Below, piece after piece: positions 60,430 through 64,000 of a stretch of 64,000 nucleotides of DNA. Position 1 is the stretch's first letter. Every line of letters begins with the position of its first letter. Position numbers and translations under genes: made by a program. The notes beneath the pieces are model-generated. The model was not told the origin of the DNA. It saw nothing but the letters and a program-made list of their open reading frames with translations, and made no database searches. The stretch is from Okamejei kenojei (Eukaryota), in NCBI GenBank assembly GCA_035221665.1, contig CM069174.1, positions 10,788,001 to 10,852,000 of the forward strand, given 5' to 3'.

Positions 60430-61480
60430 TCTTCTTCTTCTGTCATGTGTCTTTTAGACCTGCAGCTCCGTTGAGGCGAGCCAGGCCAACGTGTCATCGT
60501 CCAGGTCAATCAGACCTTGTTCACCATTCGCTAGCCGGTGTTTGGGGCAACTGGTGACTATGTGCTCCACTGTCTGTGTTGGGTCCCCACACTCGCAGAA
60601 GGTGCTGTCCACGAGGCCCCACCTCTTCATCACTACTCCATAGCGTCCGACGCCTGTCCTCAAGCGGTTGAGGGTTGTCCATTGCTTTCGGGGCAGGTCC
60701 TGGCCAGGGACGTCCATGCGGTCATCGATGTAATGGTGTAGCCTAGATGGTTCCGATGACTTCCACTGGTCTCTCCATCTCGTCTTGACCCAGGCAGCCT
60801 TGGAAGCGTCAGCTGGTGTTGTGCAGAGCAGCTCTTGGGCTTGCGTCGCAAAGGGGTGGCGTGATTCGAGGCACACGGCTCGTCGTGGTGTCTCCGTGAC
60901 GATTTGATGGAGGAGGTGGGATTCACTGGTCTGTGCCTTTCGAGAGACGGCCAGCGTGGCCTCTTCTCCTCTGATGTTGGTCGGACGATGTCAGCGAGGA
61001 CGGGCAGTTGGTTTACTGGGGTGGCTCGTAGACATCCGGAGACGGCCGCAGGGTGCTGTTGAGGGCAGCATCCAGCTTCTTGGAGTGAGGGCTACAGCAC
61101 CAAACCGGGCGCAGTACTTGCCGGCTGAAAACACCAGGGCCACTGTGGGCATGCGCAGTGTCTTCGTCGTGGCTCCCCATGTGGCGACGTATCAGTGCGG
61201 CACGGGCGCTTGTCTTTGCCTTGGCACCTTCCAGATGTTGGTGAATGACAACGTTCTGTCGAGTTTCCCACTGAGGTACATGGGGACGGGCTGGGACTGT
61301 AACCGGGCGTTATCCACCATGACGTTCATCTCACGGGTCACTTCCCTGTCGTTGAGGTGGAACATCGAAGATTTTGTCCCATGCTGAGCTTGAGGCGCCA
61401 GTTCCTCAGGTATGAAGACAGGATGTTCATGTCTTCAGAGAGGCCCTCTTCTGCTGCTTCCCAGGATGGCTTACTGAGTA
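60430..61480 (-). mobile_element. Vingi/Ingi-like non-LTR retrotransposon 3' fragment
   Basis: C-terminus W..LNRLRTGVGR....RWG....CECG...QTVEHIVTSCP (CCHC); upstream LDRTLSF and WGATTKTLR; (GAA)n tail at 60430-60441; GC-rich. Confidence 0.72.
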
Positions 61481-61599
61481 TGCCCTAATGAAGTGTCTGA
61501 AGCAGATAGGGCTTTACCTGGTGAGATTATGTTGACTGTCTGAATTTCTTCTGCACTAATTTCTTCTCAGTTTTTCCATTGTCATTTATTTCTTCATCA

Positions 61600-61925
61600 T
61601 GTCATAGAGTGATAGTGTGGAAACAGGCCCTTCGGCCCAACTCGCCCACACCAGCCAACAATGTCCCAGCTACACTAGTCCCACTTGCCTGCACTTGGTC
61701 CATATCCTTCCAAACCTGTCTAACTGTTTCTTAAACAATGGGATAGTCCCAGCCTCAACTGCCTCCTCTAGTGGCTTGTTCCATACACCCACCACCCTTT
61801 GTGTGAAAGAGTTACCCCTCGGATTCCTATTAAATCTTTTCCCCTTCACCTTGAACCTATGTCCTCTGGTCCTTGATTCCCCTACTCTGGGCAAATGGCT
61901 CTGTGCATCTACCCAATCTATTCCT
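61600..61925 (-). mobile_element. CR1 LINE 3' end
   Basis: GESRTRGHRFKVKGKRF..FTQRVVGVWN. Confidence 0.85.
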
Positions 61926-63401
61926 TAAGTCTTCCTTTCCATTTTGTTATTTGTCCATGTGATTAAATTGATATGGTCAGTAAGTCTGACTTCTGTATAT
62001 GTCACTCAGAATGTATTTTGAACAGGACAAGTTTAGGAAGCCATTCTTATAATAAATCTTTCTCCCCAAACTAATTTCGCAGCTGAATTTTCAAGTTAGA
62101 TTTGTGTTCACTATGCTCTGAATTGATGTCCTCCTCCAGTTCCTTCATACAGGGGGTTTATACTGTGGCATATACAGCCGAAATTTTAGTTCACTTTTGA
62201 CAAAGACATTCCCATGTTTAGATTGTGCTTGCAAGTAGCAAGAGAAGCAGGGTCACTATTATTCCATGAGAGTGAGAAAGGCCCCACTTTTGCCAATTCT
62301 CCCAGTTTCCACCAAGCTAATGATCGAAGCCTTGAATATACTCAATGACTGAGCCTCTGCAACTCTCTGAGGAGTGGAGAATTCCAAAGATTCACAATCC
62401 TCCGAGTGGAGCAATGTCTCCTGATTCACAGTCCCATATGGACAACCCCCTTATCCTGAGCCTGTTAGTTTTATAATCAACTGCCAAGAGGCACTTAGCA
62501 ATACCTCTCAGAATCTTGAGTCCCAATTAGATTACTTCTCACTCTTCATAGGGCAATCTCCATAATTTACATTGGCCATCTTACTTCAGGTAATGCAGGA
62601 GGTCATGGTACAGGGAGTTCTGGTTTCAAAATTAGAGCAAATTTCAACATTAGAATAAGGAAGATAAAAATAAAAAAAACAAAATATTTTTTGATGTTAT
62701 CCGTCTCAAAATAATAAAATGCAGAACTTAAAATCAAACTCTTTGACCTTTTGGGATCAAATTACAACAAAAGCCTCAAACTTTTTTCTTTTTTACATTC
62801 CACATGTAAAACATTACCTAATTTGCTTCCACAACATTTTATTCTCTACTAACATAGTGAACAATGTCTAAAAGTGACCCAATATATAACATGCGCTGAA
62901 TGTCAACTTGCACTGAGGTAACGCTATCTGTGAACTAATTAAAATGTTTGATTCTGTAAGTACAGCCCAAGAGTGTTAAGTTTCAGCTTGGAATACTGCA
63001 CAATGAAGGGTGTGGCAAAATTCTTTTTACATTGTCCCTTTACTTTATCTCTTGTTCCTCCAAGGAGATGAGTGAAGACACTGTTCCCATATCCTCAGAA
63101 TTAAAATGCAAACTTTTGTTCCTAGCTTTTCATTCCAGAGCCTTTAACACAATGGAACTTAATCTAGTTTCCCTCAATCATATGATCTTGAACTTTGCAA
63201 AACCCAAAGCCTGGTGTTTTGCCCAGTTTGCTTTGTGCCCTGACCTTTGGGCTTTGAGCCTTTGTCTAGGTTTCTTAAGTTAGACCAGACATTAAAAAGC
63301 ATTCTGTAGATAAAATAAGGCACCAACAATTAAAGCAGCAATTATTGGCTTTTCTCTTAATCTTTAAATTTTGTGAAAAATGTTGAGTTCGATGTTATGT
63401 T

Positions 63402-63530
63402 TAAGAAGGAACTGCAGATGCTGGAAAATCAAAAGGTAGACAAAAATGCTGGAGAAACTCAGCAGGTGAGGCGGCATCTATGGAGCAAAGGAAATGGGCA
63501 ACGTTTCGGGACGAGACCCTTCTTCAGACA
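63402..63530 (-). mobile_element. Solo Penelope-derived unit with 10-bp TSD
   Basis: ATGTTATGTT at 63392-63401 and 63531-63540; hammerhead-like core at 63500-63527. Confidence 0.8.
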
Positions 63531-64000
63531 ATGTTATGTTACTTTATGTAAAACAGATTACAAAAGGCAGTTTAATTTCAAACAATTACAATTTATTTTT
63601 GTTATTACCTGGGCAAATGCAGCAATTTGCCTTGGTTACTGTGTGTTTTAAGTTCAACCACCACTAGGCACTGACTTGAAGGAACGGATTGCCTTGTAGA
63701 GAATTAATCTTGTCAAATAAAGCAGACACATGCTAATAGGCTGCACTGCCCATAGTTGAGGAGACAACTCTAGTACAAACTTGTGCTCTGTTTAGTGTTT
63801 GTCAGATACTGTTTCTGTGTAGATATTAGGCTCTACTGTACCATCATCATCGAACAAATGGACACTCACATCCTAGTCTTATTCACATGAAGCATGGAGA
63901 CTTGAGCAAAGCACCAGTGGGCCCTTGGATCTTTATGTCAGAGATCAATGGCATTCACAGAAGAAATAAATTATATCACTTTTAAACGAATGAAGCTTTC

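Noticed and set aside
63806-63890. Alternative PAN2 terminal exon or start of a neighbouring gene such as CNPY2
   Set aside because: No recognisable similarity in any frame.
78-64000. Remaining short ORFs in the track, and any CRISPR-like or prokaryotic system
   Set aside because: The ORFs are repeat-derived or random intronic frames, many with non-ATG starts. No regularly spaced repeat-spacer array or operon structure is visible.

Overview
Vertebrate genomic DNA, most likely from a cartilaginous fish (skate/ray-like repeat content: CR1, Penelope-like, Rex1, V-SINE and Deu-domain SINEs). Two head-to-head genes are present. On the + strand is the PAN2 deadenylase gene, with 24 well-supported coding exons (20180-55136) and a probable terminal exon from 57370, giving about 1205 aa. 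On the - strand are the first two coding exons of an IL-23 p19 (IL23A)-like cytokine (4080-3925 and 1120-1019), with a TATA box and a perfect NF-kB site; the remaining exons appear to lie left of the window. This matches the human PAN2/IL23A arrangement. Notable repeats are a young, stop-free, 5'-truncated Rex1 LINE in a PAN2 intron and a Vingi-like LINE fragment. There are also about a dozen Penelope-derived terminal units, most carrying a minimal hammerhead-ribozyme-like core (CTGAAGA-A-GGGT-N4-ACCC-GAAAC-GTH), several flanked by their own target-site duplications. All calls were made by eye and from recalled reference sequences; no searches were run.
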